This document shows, piece after piece, positions 34,951 to 47,000 of a stretch of DNA of 64,000 nt. How positions within the stretch are numbered: position 1 is the first letter of the stretch; every line of letters begins with the position of its first letter. Made by a program: the position numbers and the translations under genes. The notes under the pieces were generated by a model that ran no database searches, was not told where the DNA came from, and saw only the letters and a program-made list of their open reading frames with translations. Source of the stretch: Azolla caroliniana (lineage: Eukaryota > Plantae > Polypodiophyta); assembly GCA_043228905.1 (NCBI GenBank), contig JBHGNT010000009.1:1488001-1552000 (forward strand), read 5' to 3'.

Positions 34951-37900
34951 ATTCATTCGTTCCGTTTGCCCATCGGTTTGGGGATGGTAGCCGGAAGAGA
35001 GGTTGCAAGAGACCTTGAGCATCTTGAAGAGATGCTTCCAAAATTTGGAGACGAATTGAGGTCCTCGGTCACTGATGATACTGTTTGGGAGGCCATGATG
35101 CCGAAATACCTCACGCATAAAAATGGATGTGGTTTCCTCACTAGTGATGGCCTCAGTACAATGCACAAAATGTGCCATCTTAGTATATCGATTGACGACA
35201 GTTAAGATAACCTAGGAGATATGCGATAAAATCAAGACAAATGGACTGCCACGGCTTACTTGGAATTGGTAAGGATTCCAACAAGCCATATGGATGATGT
35301 CGTGGCATCTTTGCTCGGCAACAAGCATCACAGGTCCGAACATAGTCGTCAACAAAACGTCGCATATGGGGCGACCAAAAGGATCGTCGAACTAGATCCA
35401 ACGTCTTAGTACTACTGAAATGTCCAGCTGTATGGGTGTCGTGATAATTTTCGACGATTTGAAGGCGACAGGAGCAATCATGAACATACACGAGCTTTTT
35501 AAAGAATAATAAACCATCATGATATTCGAATTGTCGATAGTCCATACCTGGTTGTTGAGACTAGGAACAGGATGCCCAAGAGGCATCAATTTGAGCTAGA
35601 ATGGCTTGAGCAAAACTATCCGTCTTCAAGTTGGCACGTACGAAATCGATAATACGGGAATCTAGTGGAGTGTGAAAAATCCGCGTTGTGTGCAAATGTG
35701 TTGGTCCCAAGATTACCTGCTTTTGATTATCAAATGTTGGATCACCCGGACGAGGTGCAAGATATGAACGTCGCGATAGTGCATCTGCTTTTCCTTGTTG
35801 CTACCCCAGCCGATATGTGATTTTGAAGTCAAAACGCATGAGGAATTGGGCCCACCAAGCTTGCCATCAATTTAGTACACGAGCGTTTTGGAAGTAAGCA
35901 AGATTTTTGTGATCACTGAAGACAATGAACTGATGAGGAGAGCCCTCTAAGAAGTGCCGCCATTGCACAAACGAATCCACGATGGCTAATAACTCCTTAT
36001 CATGTATCTCGTAGTTAATTTCCGCAGCATCAAATTTGCGTGAGTGGAAAGCCACAGGATGTAACTTTTCTTTATCTCCTTGTTGTGAAAGGATGCTACG
36101 GAGGGCGAAATCCGATGCGTCGGCCTCCATGATGAATGGTTTGTTTGTATCCACATCAGCTAGAATATGAGCTGATGTAAAGGCTTTCTTAAGATGCATA
36201 AATGCCATGTTTGCTTCATTGGACCAAAGAAATGATTGTCCCTTCTTGGTAGGTTGTGTGAGAGGTAAACTAATCTTCGAGTAATCTTGTATAAACTTGT
36301 GGTAGAAGTTAGCAAAGCCTAGGAAACATTGCACATCTTGTAACGAACGTGGAGTTTGCCACTCTAGCATAGTTTGGACTTTAGTTGGATCCATCGAGAT
36401 GCCTTTTGAGGAGATGACGTAGCCTAGAAATTCCACTTGCTTGCAATCAAAGCTACATTTTTCGAGTTTGGCATAAAGACCATGCTCTCAGAGTCGTTTT
36501 AGTACTAATAGTACATGAGAATCATGCTCTTCCTGGGTCTTCGAATAAATCAATAGATAATCCAGATAGATGATCAAACAAATATCCAAGAGATCTCTGA
36601 ATATATCATTTGCCATGTGTTGGAAGACTACGGGCGCATTGGTTAGACCTAACAGCATAAGGGTATACTCGAAGTGCCCATATCGTTTAACTCTTCCTCT
36701 AAATGACTAAGGATTTCAAATTTGTTTGAGATACTTGGGCTATCAGTACTATTAATACTATCAGACACTCCTAAGGGAATTGACTCGGGTTTAGTACAGG
36801 CTACGATTTGATTTACCTGTCTTCTTGGCCTATGGGGACAGTTGATGGCGATATGCCCTAGTCCACCGCAATAAAGACATAATCGATTTGCACGTTGTCG
36901 TTGCTTTTCTTTTTCCAATAACAGGCCACGTCGACGCATGGTGTTGATCTCCATCGGTGTCGGACTATTTGCTTGAGATGCATCTCGTGCAACCGGTTTA
37001 GCTGCGATTGAGGCATATGTGGGCTTTGGCCTAGTCCGTGGAATTTGAAATTGACGTTCCAAACGTTGTTCGAAAAGGAGGTTGTCGGATCGGACCACTC
37101 GATTGATTGCCTCTATAAGAGATTTTGGTTCTTTGGGAAAGGTTAAAAGTAAATCTTTAACGTCGTTTCGCAAGCCGTAGCGGAATTGCTCCATTAGTGC
37201 TTGATCATCCCAGGGGATATCTGAGGCGAGTAGACGGAAATCTGCCGCGTATGTAGAGGCTAGATGATTGCCTTGACACAATCGTCGGATTTTGTTGATC
37301 GTCGTCCTGATGTTGTCGGTATCTCCAAAGCAGGCTTTAAACTCACTAATAAAGTCTTCAAAGTTATTAAGCAAGGGAGATTGTTTTTCCAAAAGCGGAG
37401 CGAACCATGCCAAGGCTGAGCCGTTGAGCAACATGCCTATTAGGCCTACTTGGGATGCATCAATGGGGTATCGAGAAGGATGCATTTGCATGACTAAGCG
37501 TACCTGGTTAAGGAATCCTCTAAATTGTGAGCGTGTTGTCGTGAAGATTCCGGGCCGTAAGCGGAAACAAGGTGAAACGCGCAAGAACACCGATAAACGC
37601 GAGTGCATGCCTCGAGGGGAATTAAATAGGATAAGTACTAGGCATGAGTATAAGGAGGGGTACTAGGTAGTTAGAGTAGAAAAGAAGATATAGACATCGC
37701 ATAAGTAGGGAGAGTTATGAGGAGAGAATCTAGGACGAAAAAAAAAGTGATGGGTCATGAATGCTTGTAACGGTCGCTCCTTGTGCTATAAAAGGGGCGA
37801 CCTTTGACTGTCTTCGGGATGCCATCTAGAGAAAAGGATACACAGAGAACGACCGAGGATTGACCGCAGAAGAAGGCGCTTCCCCTGCTCGCGTCAAACG

Positions 37901-38439
37901 CCCGAGTGCTCCCGACCTGGGGATCGACCTTCTGCGCACCGACATCTCTTTGTACCTGGCTATTTGCCAAGCTCCGTGCTCCATCACCGGCTCTGATCTG
38001 GCTGTAAACACTCACAGCACCATGCACCTATGTTTTAATAGAACTCTTTCTACCTAACATACTTTGTTCTCAGTGTCTTTGTTCGTGTCTATGTCTACGC
38101 GTGGCTCTCTTACTCTCTCTCGTTCGCTAGACTTACCCGCTCTCCCGTGGTCTCAAGACCTATGCGATCCCCAAACTCCTCCCTCCTCGATTTCTTAATT
38201 CCTTGGTTCGAGACCCCCGTGGCCCTACCCGACAGCGTTCCATTGAATTTCACAGGAAGACCAATCTTGGGCTCTTTATGAAGTCCTTGGGGACTTGATC
38301 CTTGTTGTTGTAACGCTATGATGGTTGCTTCGAATTGTTGTACACGTAATGCTAACTCCCCATGTTGTTGCTGCATTTGTTGTTTTTCTAAAGCAATTTG
38401 TTGAAGATGCCCTAACAATCGTTGGTTTTCTTGTTCCAA
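34951..38439 (-). pseudogene. Element A gag plus truncated RT, RNaseH and integrase N-terminus
   Basis: WDDQALMEQFRYGL and LCLYCGGLGHIAINCP (gag), RYGHFEY (RT), EADASDFA/NYEIHDKELLAI (RH), SDRGPQF (INT). Protease and the RT N-terminus are deleted at about 36685. Confidence 0.9.
37537..38234 (+). mobile_element. Solo LTR of the D/E Gypsy family inside A gag
   Basis: Starts TGTCGTGAAGA and ends CCCGACA like the D/E LTRs; TATA ctataaaag; 4-bp TSD GTGT/GCGT; removal restores FNGTRSQFRG. Confidence 0.88.
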
Positions 38440-38570
38440 TGCAACGAATTTTTCTTTTATACAATGTAGCTCGGAAAAAACGGATTGATATTCCTAGGCG
38501 CTAACAATAGCCATAGTATTAGAAAAAGGGGTAAGAGGATGAGGGAAACCGAAAAGAAGACCAGAGGAAA

Positions 38571-38582
38571 AAATTGGTTCAA
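38571..38582 (-). promoter_or_regulatory. Non-tRNA primer-binding site of element A (TTGAACCAATTT)
   Basis: Lies 2 nt inside the 5' LTR end, has no TGG, and is complementary to an LTR 12-mer at 55133-55144 and 7156-7167. Confidence 0.75.
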
Positions 38583-38584
38583 AC

Positions 38585-38700
38585 TGTCAGGAATAGTATT
38601 AAAACAAAGAGAGAATTAGTACTAAAAAAGGGAAGTACTATTAGTACTAAGAGGACGGATTGCGTAAGACTCACGAGAGAGAGATAGTGAAGGCAAGAGA
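38585..38700 (-). repeat. Element A 5' LTR, U5-side half
   Basis: Matches 6963-7080; split from 55043-55361 by a LINE insertion. Confidence 0.9.
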
Positions 38701-40034
38701 GAAAGAAAGAAAGAAAGAAAGATATATTAATGTCTTCTAAGGCCAAAATTGGGCCATGAGACAAATGGTTTACAACAAAAAATGGGATATTTACCCATTC
38801 ATCGAGAGTAATAAATAAATAAAAATAAGATAAAATAGAGTTTAAGCTAAATAGTTCTAGTAAAATAATAAACATGTTCTATATAAAAATCATGTTCTAC
38901 AATGAAAATGTTATACTAGGCCTAATTTCATTTCCGTCCAAGTCTCTCGAAGAGAAGCAATGTAAAAGGTACCCCAACCATAGCTTCTAGCCGACGTAGC
39001 TCACGTTCCCTTATCTTCTTAATCTTTTCTACTCCACGCCAACTTGTTTTGTAGCCCAACATCTGAGGGCGTTTAGTTGTTCTTTGCATTTATGCTTCCT
39101 CAAGAGAGAGGTCGAGCAACGTAAGTGTATCCACATACATCGTCTCCCCTTGTTCCTGAAAATTTACACTAGTTACATGTTGATGAATAGTAAAAGGGTT
39201 ATGGTTAACACTTTGTAATTTATTCTCCCTATGTTGTTTTAGCTCTAAAATATACCTACCTAATCTCTTTAAACTCGAGGTATATAATAGTTTGGAGAGG
39301 GTGGGAGAGGGTCCTAATATGTCTTGGTATTCCGCACGTATCTCGGCATAAGTTGGGCTCTTGCATGCGAAGTGATGCTCATCCTCTATCTCTATGTGGT
39401 ATAACCTACATAGCCTTTCCTCTCTAGGGACTCTATTAGCCCGTTCTCAAGTTGGTGAGATGATATCCTAAGTTGTCCAATGGTCACCCTTAGTGCATTT
39501 GATAAGAATGTATCTAGATATCTTGGTCATGTAATAAAACTTAGAGAAGTGCAAGAAGTGTTCCTTATAGTACAACATTTTAGATGGGAGTGGCTCTCGT
39601 GGGGTGATCCATTTATATCGAGTGTAAATTTGCCATATTTCTTGGCGTATCACTTTATTACTATCTTCATGAGAGAGAGTTTGATCAGTCCCATGGTTGT
39701 ACTTGTTGGGTATTTGAGGAAGAGTGGGAAACACACAAGAAGCTCAAAGAAGGAAGCACTCACACGAGGAAGGCAATGGCTGGAATAGCTCTCTATTGAT
39801 GAATGAATCTTAAAAAAAATTAGGAGCTGAAATATATATCCCTAAGTACTAAGTACCACCACATATGAGTGACTCATGTATGTGGTAACATGGGGAAAAA
39901 ACCTCTAGCCAACACTAGAGTAAAAAGTGCCCATGTATAGGGAAAATGGTTCACATCAAAGCTACTAGAGGAACACGCAAGTGTAACAAACCCCCCTGGA
40001 GCGAATGATGTGAACATGTACAAGGAGTGACAGA

Positions 40035-43000
40035 TCAGCCCCCACAAGGCAATAAGCCTAAAGCTTTGCGAAAAGCTTCAAACTTTTCTCGTGGAAGAGC
40101 TTTGGTGAATATGTCTGCCACGTTATCTTGTGTAGGCACATATACCAAATCAATATCTCCTGCATGAAAGCGCTCTCTCACATAGTGATAATGCACCTCA
40201 ATGTGTTTGGTCCGTGCATGAAATACAGGATTTCGTGCAACAGCCAATGCACTCTGACTATCTGTGAGAATACGTGTAGCAACTTCAATCTCCATGCAAA
40301 GATCCATCAAAAGGTGTCTTAGCCATATACACTCCACTGTAGCTGTGAAAACTGCCCTGTACTCAGCTTCACAACTTGATGTCGCCACTGTAGGTTGCTT
40401 TTTACTCAACCAAGATATACATGAGTTTCCAAAGAAAAAGCAATTACCACTAGTGGACACGCGAGTATCATAACAACCAGCCCAATCACTATCTGTAAAA
40501 GCATGCAAGCATGGCTGAGTATCTCTGCCATAAAAGAGACCCAAGCTCAAAGTGCCTCTAAGATATCTGAACACACGTTTCACTGCTTGCCAATGCTTAG
40601 TGCCAGGGCTATGCATGAATCGACTCAATTGGGAGACTGCATACTGTATATCCGGCCTTGTATTGCATGCATATATAAGACATCCCACAGCTTGTTGATA
40701 AAGAGAAGTATCAAACGCATCACTAGAATCCTCAACAGAGAACCTAAATCCTGTCTCCACAGGTGTATAAACCGGCTTGCAATCCTCAAAGTCAAAACGC
40801 TGAAGTAGTTTTTCAACATACTTTCCTTGATGCATAAACATTCCCCCCTCAACGGATACAAACTGGATGCCAAGATAGTAGCTCAAAAGACCAAGATAAG
40901 TGACTTCAAAAGTATGATGCAAATCAGCCATAAGAAAATCGAGTTTTGCATCACATGACCCAGTCAAGAGTATGTCATCAACATAAAGAACGAGCATTAG
41001 AAGATCAGCCCCATCTTTGCGTACATAAAGTGTGCTTTCAATCGGACTACATGTGAAGCCAAGAGAAATCAAGTGCTTATGGATTTTTTCATACCATGCA
41101 CGCGGAGCTTGCTTGAGACCATACAAGGCCTTATGCAAGCGACAAACCATATGCTCTTTCTCTTTCGTAGCAAATCCAGGAGGTTGCTTCACATAAACCT
41201 CTTCTTGCAAATCACCATTTAAAAAGGTTGTTTTTATGTCCAATTGATGCATTTTCCAACCTCTTTGGGCAGCCAATGCAACCACGGTACGAATGGTAGT
41301 CATGCGTGAAGTAGGTGCAAAAGTTTCCTCATAATCAATGCCATATTGTTGGGCATATCCTTTGGCAACCAATCTAGCTTTGTAGCGATCAATACTACCA
41401 TCGGGCTTTCGTTTAATCTTGTAAACCCACCTAGTACCAATCACATTCTTTCCTTTTGGCAATTCACATAACTCCCAAGTACCATTTTTATGAATGGAAT
41501 CCATTTCTGATTGCATAGCACTCATCCAATGTGGATCATCACATGCATCTTCAAAAGTAAGTGGCTCCTCATTACATGCTATTGCAACAATAGAATAATC
41601 CACAAAATTACCTGATGCATGGCGAGAGCTTGATCTTGTTTTACCAAGTAAAGGTGCACTCAATTTGCTATCTTGCAAAGTTTGTTTCAGCCACCTCGGC
41701 ATAGTTTGTGACCTCTCGATAGCCATACGTTCATTATGTAATACATCTTCAATATGTACATCATGCGTGGGCTGAATTTCATGCTCATTTTCAGCCACAT
41801 TTGGTTGGACATTTCGTGCATTTTCAACACTTATTTGCTGGAAATTTTTATCCCTTTGAGACTCACTTGGCTGGTCTACATGTCCATGGTCAAGCGCAGC
41901 ACTTTGGAACAAAGGCATGAGTGTATCAAACACATCTTGTGAGCTAACTGTTGGTTGTTTTTTGCATTCAAGAAAAGGGAAAGCTGAATTTTCAGCAAAT
42001 ACCACATCTCGACTCACAATAATTGTGTCCGTCAATGGATGATACAAACGATATCCCTTACTTTCCGCACTATAACCAACAAATATGCATTTCTTTGCCT
42101 TGTCATCAAGTTTGTGACGTTGTTGTGATGGCACAAGAGCATATGCCAAACAACCGAACACACGCATATGACTAACCATAGGTTTATGTCCATTCCAAGC
42201 CTCATATGGCGTAATGACTCTCAACGCTTTTGTAGGGCAACGATTCAACACATAATTTGCACACATAACCGCTTCCATCCAAAACTTGTTAGGAAGATGC
42301 TTTCCTTTAACCATACATCGTGCCATCTCTAAGAGTGTTCTATTTTTGCGTTCTGCAACACCATTTTGTTGAGGTGTATATGGCACCGTACATTGATGTA
42401 AAATACCTCTTTCACAAAGAAAAGCATTAAACTCATGTGACATATATTCGCCACCACGATCCGTGCGTAGAGTCAAGAGCTTATTTGCGGAAAAATTTTC
42501 AGCCATAGCTAAAAATGATTTGAAGCAAGAAAAGACTTCATTCTTTGCTTTCATAGGATACACCCATGTATGACGAGTAGCATCATCAATGAAGGTAACA
42601 AAATATACATGCTTTCCAAAAGATGGAGTCTTTACAGGACCACACACATCACTATGAACAAGTTGTAATTTTCTTGTAGTGTGTGTATGACTATCTTTTG
42701 GAAAAGAAGCACGATGCATTTTTCCAAGAATGCAACCTTCACATGCATGTTTTTCAATGGACTCAAGTGTAGGCAACCCAATAACCATATCCTTCTTTTG
42801 CAAGTGAAGCAAACTATTGAAGTTCAAGTGACCAAAACGAGCATGCCAAAGCTCCATTTCAGCCATGGAAGAAGTATGTACAGCCAAGGCATTTAGAGAA
42901 GCCCTCTTGTATGTATCTAAACGGTACAAGCCATTGCATAATGTACCGGACATCACGATAACATCACCATTGCTATAATCGTGAACCATGCACTTATCAT

Positions 43001-43631
43001 CAACAAAATGTACATGAAGTCCGGCTTTGGCAATCAAAGGAACCGAAATTAAGTTCTTCTTGATACCGGGCACATACAATACATTCTTTAAGATGACAAC
43101 ACCTCCATTTGCAGCCGAAAGCTCAATTTCTCCTACTCCAATGATAGGATAAGAGGCATTGTTTGCACACACCACATGTCCACCTTTGGGTGCATCTTTC
43201 AAGGATGCAAAAAAACTTTTGCATGAAGTAATGTGCTTTGAAGCACCACTATCAAAGAACCAATCCGAATCAATCTCACTTACAACCATACATTTAGAGT
43301 GCAATGATGCATCATAATGATATGTAACAACACATGCCCAATAATCTTGAGCCATGTTGGCCTCATCACTCTTTGCACTTGAAACATTTTCAGAAATGGT
43401 CATGCCGGATTCCTTCTTCTTCTCATTGCGCTTAACAAGCTTTCTACATTCTTCAATCGTATGGCCAACCTTTCGACAATATTTGCATCTTTTCTTCTTT
43501 TGCAAATCACCATCATTAGAGGAATAAGTGAAAGAGGGAGGTTGAGGCTTTGGTTTTGAAGAACCAAAAGCTGAACCATGCTTGCCTTTTCCTTTTTGTG
43601 AGATAGCAAGTGCTTGTGTTCCCTCTATCAA
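40035..43631 (-). CDS. Element G gag-pol 3' part (zinc knuckle, PR, INT, RT, RNaseH), stop-free but cut off from gag by H
   Basis: CKYCRKVGHTIEEC, WFFDSGAS, VHSDVCGP, LYVDDIL, FTDSDWAG; in frame with 53486-54160 once H and one TSD copy are removed. Confidence 0.9.
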   Translation of the reverse strand: MIEGTQALAISQKGKGKHGSAFGSSKPKPQPPSFTYSSNDGDLQKKKRCKYCRKVGHTIEECRKLVKRNEKKKESGMTISENVSSAKSDEANMAQDYWACVVTYHYDASLHSKCMVVSEIDSDWFFDSGASKHITSCKSFFASLKDAPKGGHVVCANNASYPIIGVGEIELSAANGGVVILKNVLYVPGIKKNLISVPLIAKAGLHVHFVDDKCMVHDYSNGDVIVMSGTLCNGLYRLDTYKRASLNALAVHTSSMAEMELWHARFGHLNFNSLLHLQKKDMVIGLPTLESIEKHACEGCILGKMHRASFPKDSHTHTTRKLQLVHSDVCGPVKTPSFGKHVYFVTFIDDATRHTWVYPMKAKNEVFSCFKSFLAMAENFSANKLLTLRTDRGGEYMSHEFNAFLCERGILHQCTVPYTPQQNGVAERKNRTLLEMARCMVKGKHLPNKFWMEAVMCANYVLNRCPTKALRVITPYEAWNGHKPMVSHMRVFGCLAYALVPSQQRHKLDDKAKKCIFVGYSAESKGYRLYHPLTDTIIVSRDVVFAENSAFPFLECKKQPTVSSQDVFDTLMPLFQSAALDHGHVDQPSESQRDKNFQQISVENARNVQPNVAENEHEIQPTHDVHIEDVLHNERMAIERSQTMPRWLKQTLQDSKLSAPLLGKTRSSSRHASGNFVDYSIVAIACNEEPLTFEDACDDPHWMSAMQSEMDSIHKNGTWELCELPKGKNVIGTRWVYKIKRKPDGSIDRYKARLVAKGYAQQYGIDYEETFAPTSRMTTIRTVVALAAQRGWKMHQLDIKTTFLNGDLQEEVYVKQPPGFATKEKEHMVCRLHKALYGLKQAPRAWYEKIHKHLISLGFTCSPIESTLYVRKDGADLLMLVLYVDDILLTGSCDAKLDFLMADLHHTFEVTYLGLLSYYLGIQFVSVEGGMFMHQGKYVEKLLQRFDFEDCKPVYTPVETGFRFSVEDSSDAFDTSLYQQAVGCLIYACNTRPDIQYAVSQLSRFMHSPGTKHWQAVKRVFRYLRGTLSLGLFYGRDTQPCLHAFTDSDWAGCYDTRVSTSGNCFFFGNSCISWLSKKQPTVATSSCEAEYRAVFTATVECIWLRHLLMDLCMEIEVATRILTDSQSALAVARNPVFHARTKHIEVHYHYVRERFHAGDIDLVYVPTQDNVADIFTKALPREKFEAFRKALGLLPCGG

Positions 43632-44096
43632 ACCACTGTTACCGGCCGGCAAGGAGTCCAAAATACGGAATTAATTAGATGGTTGTAAATGAGCATAGTG
43701 TGGACGGACGGACTGGAAACGGTATGCCGTTCCAGATCCGGACGGATCCCGAATAGGTGCGAGAGACACCGTTTTGTAATACGGGCCGGAAACCTATTTA
43801 AAGGCCCGGACCCCATTGTAATGACAGCGGATAATTAATAGAGCTTATGATGTTTGTATTTCTGTCTTGATTTCCGTTCTGTAATTACTGTTATATCTTA
43901 CGCGTGTAATTAACCAAAGCAATCTAATCGTGTAACCTACGTAAGTCGGTGTAATCGTTGAATCTTAATCCTATGCCGTAATCACCTTTGGTGAAGTGTC
44001 TCCGTGACACCTTGTGTTAGGCCTTGTCCGGCTAAGAGAATAACACAGTTTTGGCGACCACGATTCCTGCTTTCTCGCAGCGAACGACGGTAATGG

Positions 44097-47000
44097 ATGA
44101 CTAGACCAACGCACGACTTGGGTACAGACCGAGCTCGACGCCTCGCCGAACGGCAAAGACGGCGTGAGACTTTCCAGCAAGCAGCGCAGGAAATTCGCTC
44201 GGATCGTTCGTTCTCCAACGAGATCCGGAGAGTCGCGGAGGAATCTCTCCGGTTACGGCAAACTCGCGACCAGGACGACGGAAGCAGTCTAAGTAGTCTC
44301 CGGGAAACCGAACGACTCCTGGAGGCGCTGGCAAACGGAGAAAACGAGGCAGAAGCCTTTTCAGCCTACGAATCGGATTCCGAAGGGGGATACAGCGTGC
44401 ACACGAACTACCGGAGCAGCAACGATACCCCCGGCGGCCCGGAAGACGACGGGTCGGATAACGTGCCGACTCCAGAACCGGAACCGCTCAACCAGGGCTA
44501 TCCGGAACCGCAAACGGAAGCCGTCAACCCACCAACACCGGAAGTGGAACAAGCAAAGCCACCAACACCAACGAAAGGGCCGGCAAAGGTACCGGAAGAA
44601 GAGCCGGAAAAAGAACCGGAAGAAGGACCGGCAAAAGAACCGGAAGTGGAACCGGAGAAAGAACCGGAAAAATATCAACAAACGCCACTAAACCGCAGCT
44701 TAATACTGGACGACGACATGCCGTTCCAATACTCAAAGTACCGCGATGATCCGGATGCGGAAGCACATGTGGATGACTTCGAGCAGACATGGGAAGCAAA
44801 TCACACGTCCCAGCGAATGACACCGGAGGAAGAAGAACGCTCGAAGATAGCGGAATTCGGAGTCACGTTGGAGGGACCAGCGACACGATGGCGGCGGTCG
44901 CAGGACCCGGCGACCATCACAACATTTGCAGAATTAAAAGCAAAATTCTTGCATTTTTTCCACAAGGAGGTCGACCAGACGACAATGGTGGGGCTGTTTT
45001 ATACGATCCGGCAGGAGGCAGGGGAAAGCATTCCCCAATTCGTCATCCGTTTCCAACGAATGCATAGCCAGCTTGCCCGTGCACCCCCGGAGGAGGAATT
45101 ACGGACGATATTTTTAAACGCACTCCGGGAACCGTTACGCACGGTGTGTACGGTGATTGACTTTCGAGGATGCACCATCGATCAGGTCATTGATCGGGTC
45201 AGAGAAATGGAAAAGACAAGCTCATGGCTTACGCTGGGAACACTGCAACGGGCGTTACCCACCGAGGAAGATCTCCGGTTCCGGCAGGCAATTCAATGCA
45301 CAATCTGCTTGAATGCCGGACACTCGGCAGTAGAGTGCACCATGCGCACTCAGTGTGTGATTTGTCAATCCAAGAGTCATACAACGGACCGGTGCGAGTA
45401 CAACCTGTTAAATCGACAAGCACCACCCGTCCGACGGATCGAGCCAAGAAGCAGCCGAGACGAAGATGACGATCGTTGGCAAAGAGGGAACCGGTACCCA
45501 CCGGCACAAGATGTCCGGTACGGAGACAGGCAAGAGAATGATGGCCGGTACGGGAATCGGCGTGATAACTACGACCGGTATGAGCGATCGGACCGTTATC
45601 GGGAGCCCAACAGGCGACACGAGCAATACGATAGAGACCATTCCCCTGGTTACCGAAGGCACCAGGAGGACTACGGCCGATGTTACGATCCACCACGGCC
45701 GGACTACCGAAATAAACATAAGAATAATAAGAAACGTAACTTCAAGAAAGGTGGTCACCCTAGGGACCCGGAACATGGAATCCCAAGGAGCCAACCGGCA
45801 CAGAACGCACCACTCGCTACGGGACCAACTCCGGCTACCAGCAATGCTGAATCCAGCAATACCCGTAAAGAGTACTGCTACTACTGCAGGCAGGAAGGCC
45901 ACTACAGTAACCAGTGCCCGGTAAAGAGCTACGAGAAACGACCAGCAGTTAATATGGTGGTTCCGGAAGTGACGGATGTACAGCAAGTAACCACACGGTC
46001 GAAAGGCATGGCCAAAGAGTGGGAAACACAAGAGGCCATACGAAGGCAGGCGACGGAATGGGTGAAGGAAGCCAATGAAAAGAACATCGCGGACGCGGAA
46101 CGGCAAAAGGCAAATACCATAGGGAGTGCCGGCGGTAGCCACCCAGAAAACGAGACATGGCAAGCACTGCAAGAATGTCAGATCACGTTGCCGTTAGGAA
46201 GACTCTTGCAGCTCGTGCCGCGATTTACGGAAGGGCTAAAAACGGGCATGACAGACGGCATAGCCCCACCAGCACCAGTCCTCTTCTCGAACCCGGAAGA
46301 GGGACCGACGGTAGTGGACACTAGCAGTCCGGTGATTACAGCTATTGTCAAAGGGCACGAACTTCCCGGCACAGTAATCGATGGAGGTTCCGGGGTGAAC
46401 GTAATAAGCCTCCGTACGTGTGATGCCTTGGGTATACATGAATGGGAGCCATGCCCGTTCTGGCTACGGATGGCGGATACGAGCTCGGTACGGCCGACGG
46501 GCTTAATACGGAAATTGGAAGTCACCATAGGAGGCCACACATTTCACATCTCGGCTGTAGTGCTGCAGCTACAGGCGCAAGGCGCGTATCCACTGCTGCT
46601 GGGCAGACCATGGTTGAAAACAGCACACATCAAGCAAAATTGGCGAAAAAATATGATTACCTTCCGGCGCGGAAAAGCCAAGGTCCGGGTACCGACACAA
46701 CCACGGACGAGCAACGGTAAGGAATGCACACCGCTGTATGCGGAATGCGTGAACATGCTTGAAGGGTTGGCAGACGACGAAGAAGCCCAGTACTTGGAGG
46801 AACATCCGAAGATCGTACCACTCTTCGAGATTGACGTAGCTGAAGCCGTAGCCGCATACTTGCCGCAGCGGGACGACATTGAAGCCGAACCAGACAAAGA
46901 TGCGATTCGGGAATTACGGCAAGCACAGGAAGCGTTGGAACGGGAAATGGCCGTTTCCCAACGGGTAAAAGCATCCCAGCTCGACGAAGTGAACCTAGGA

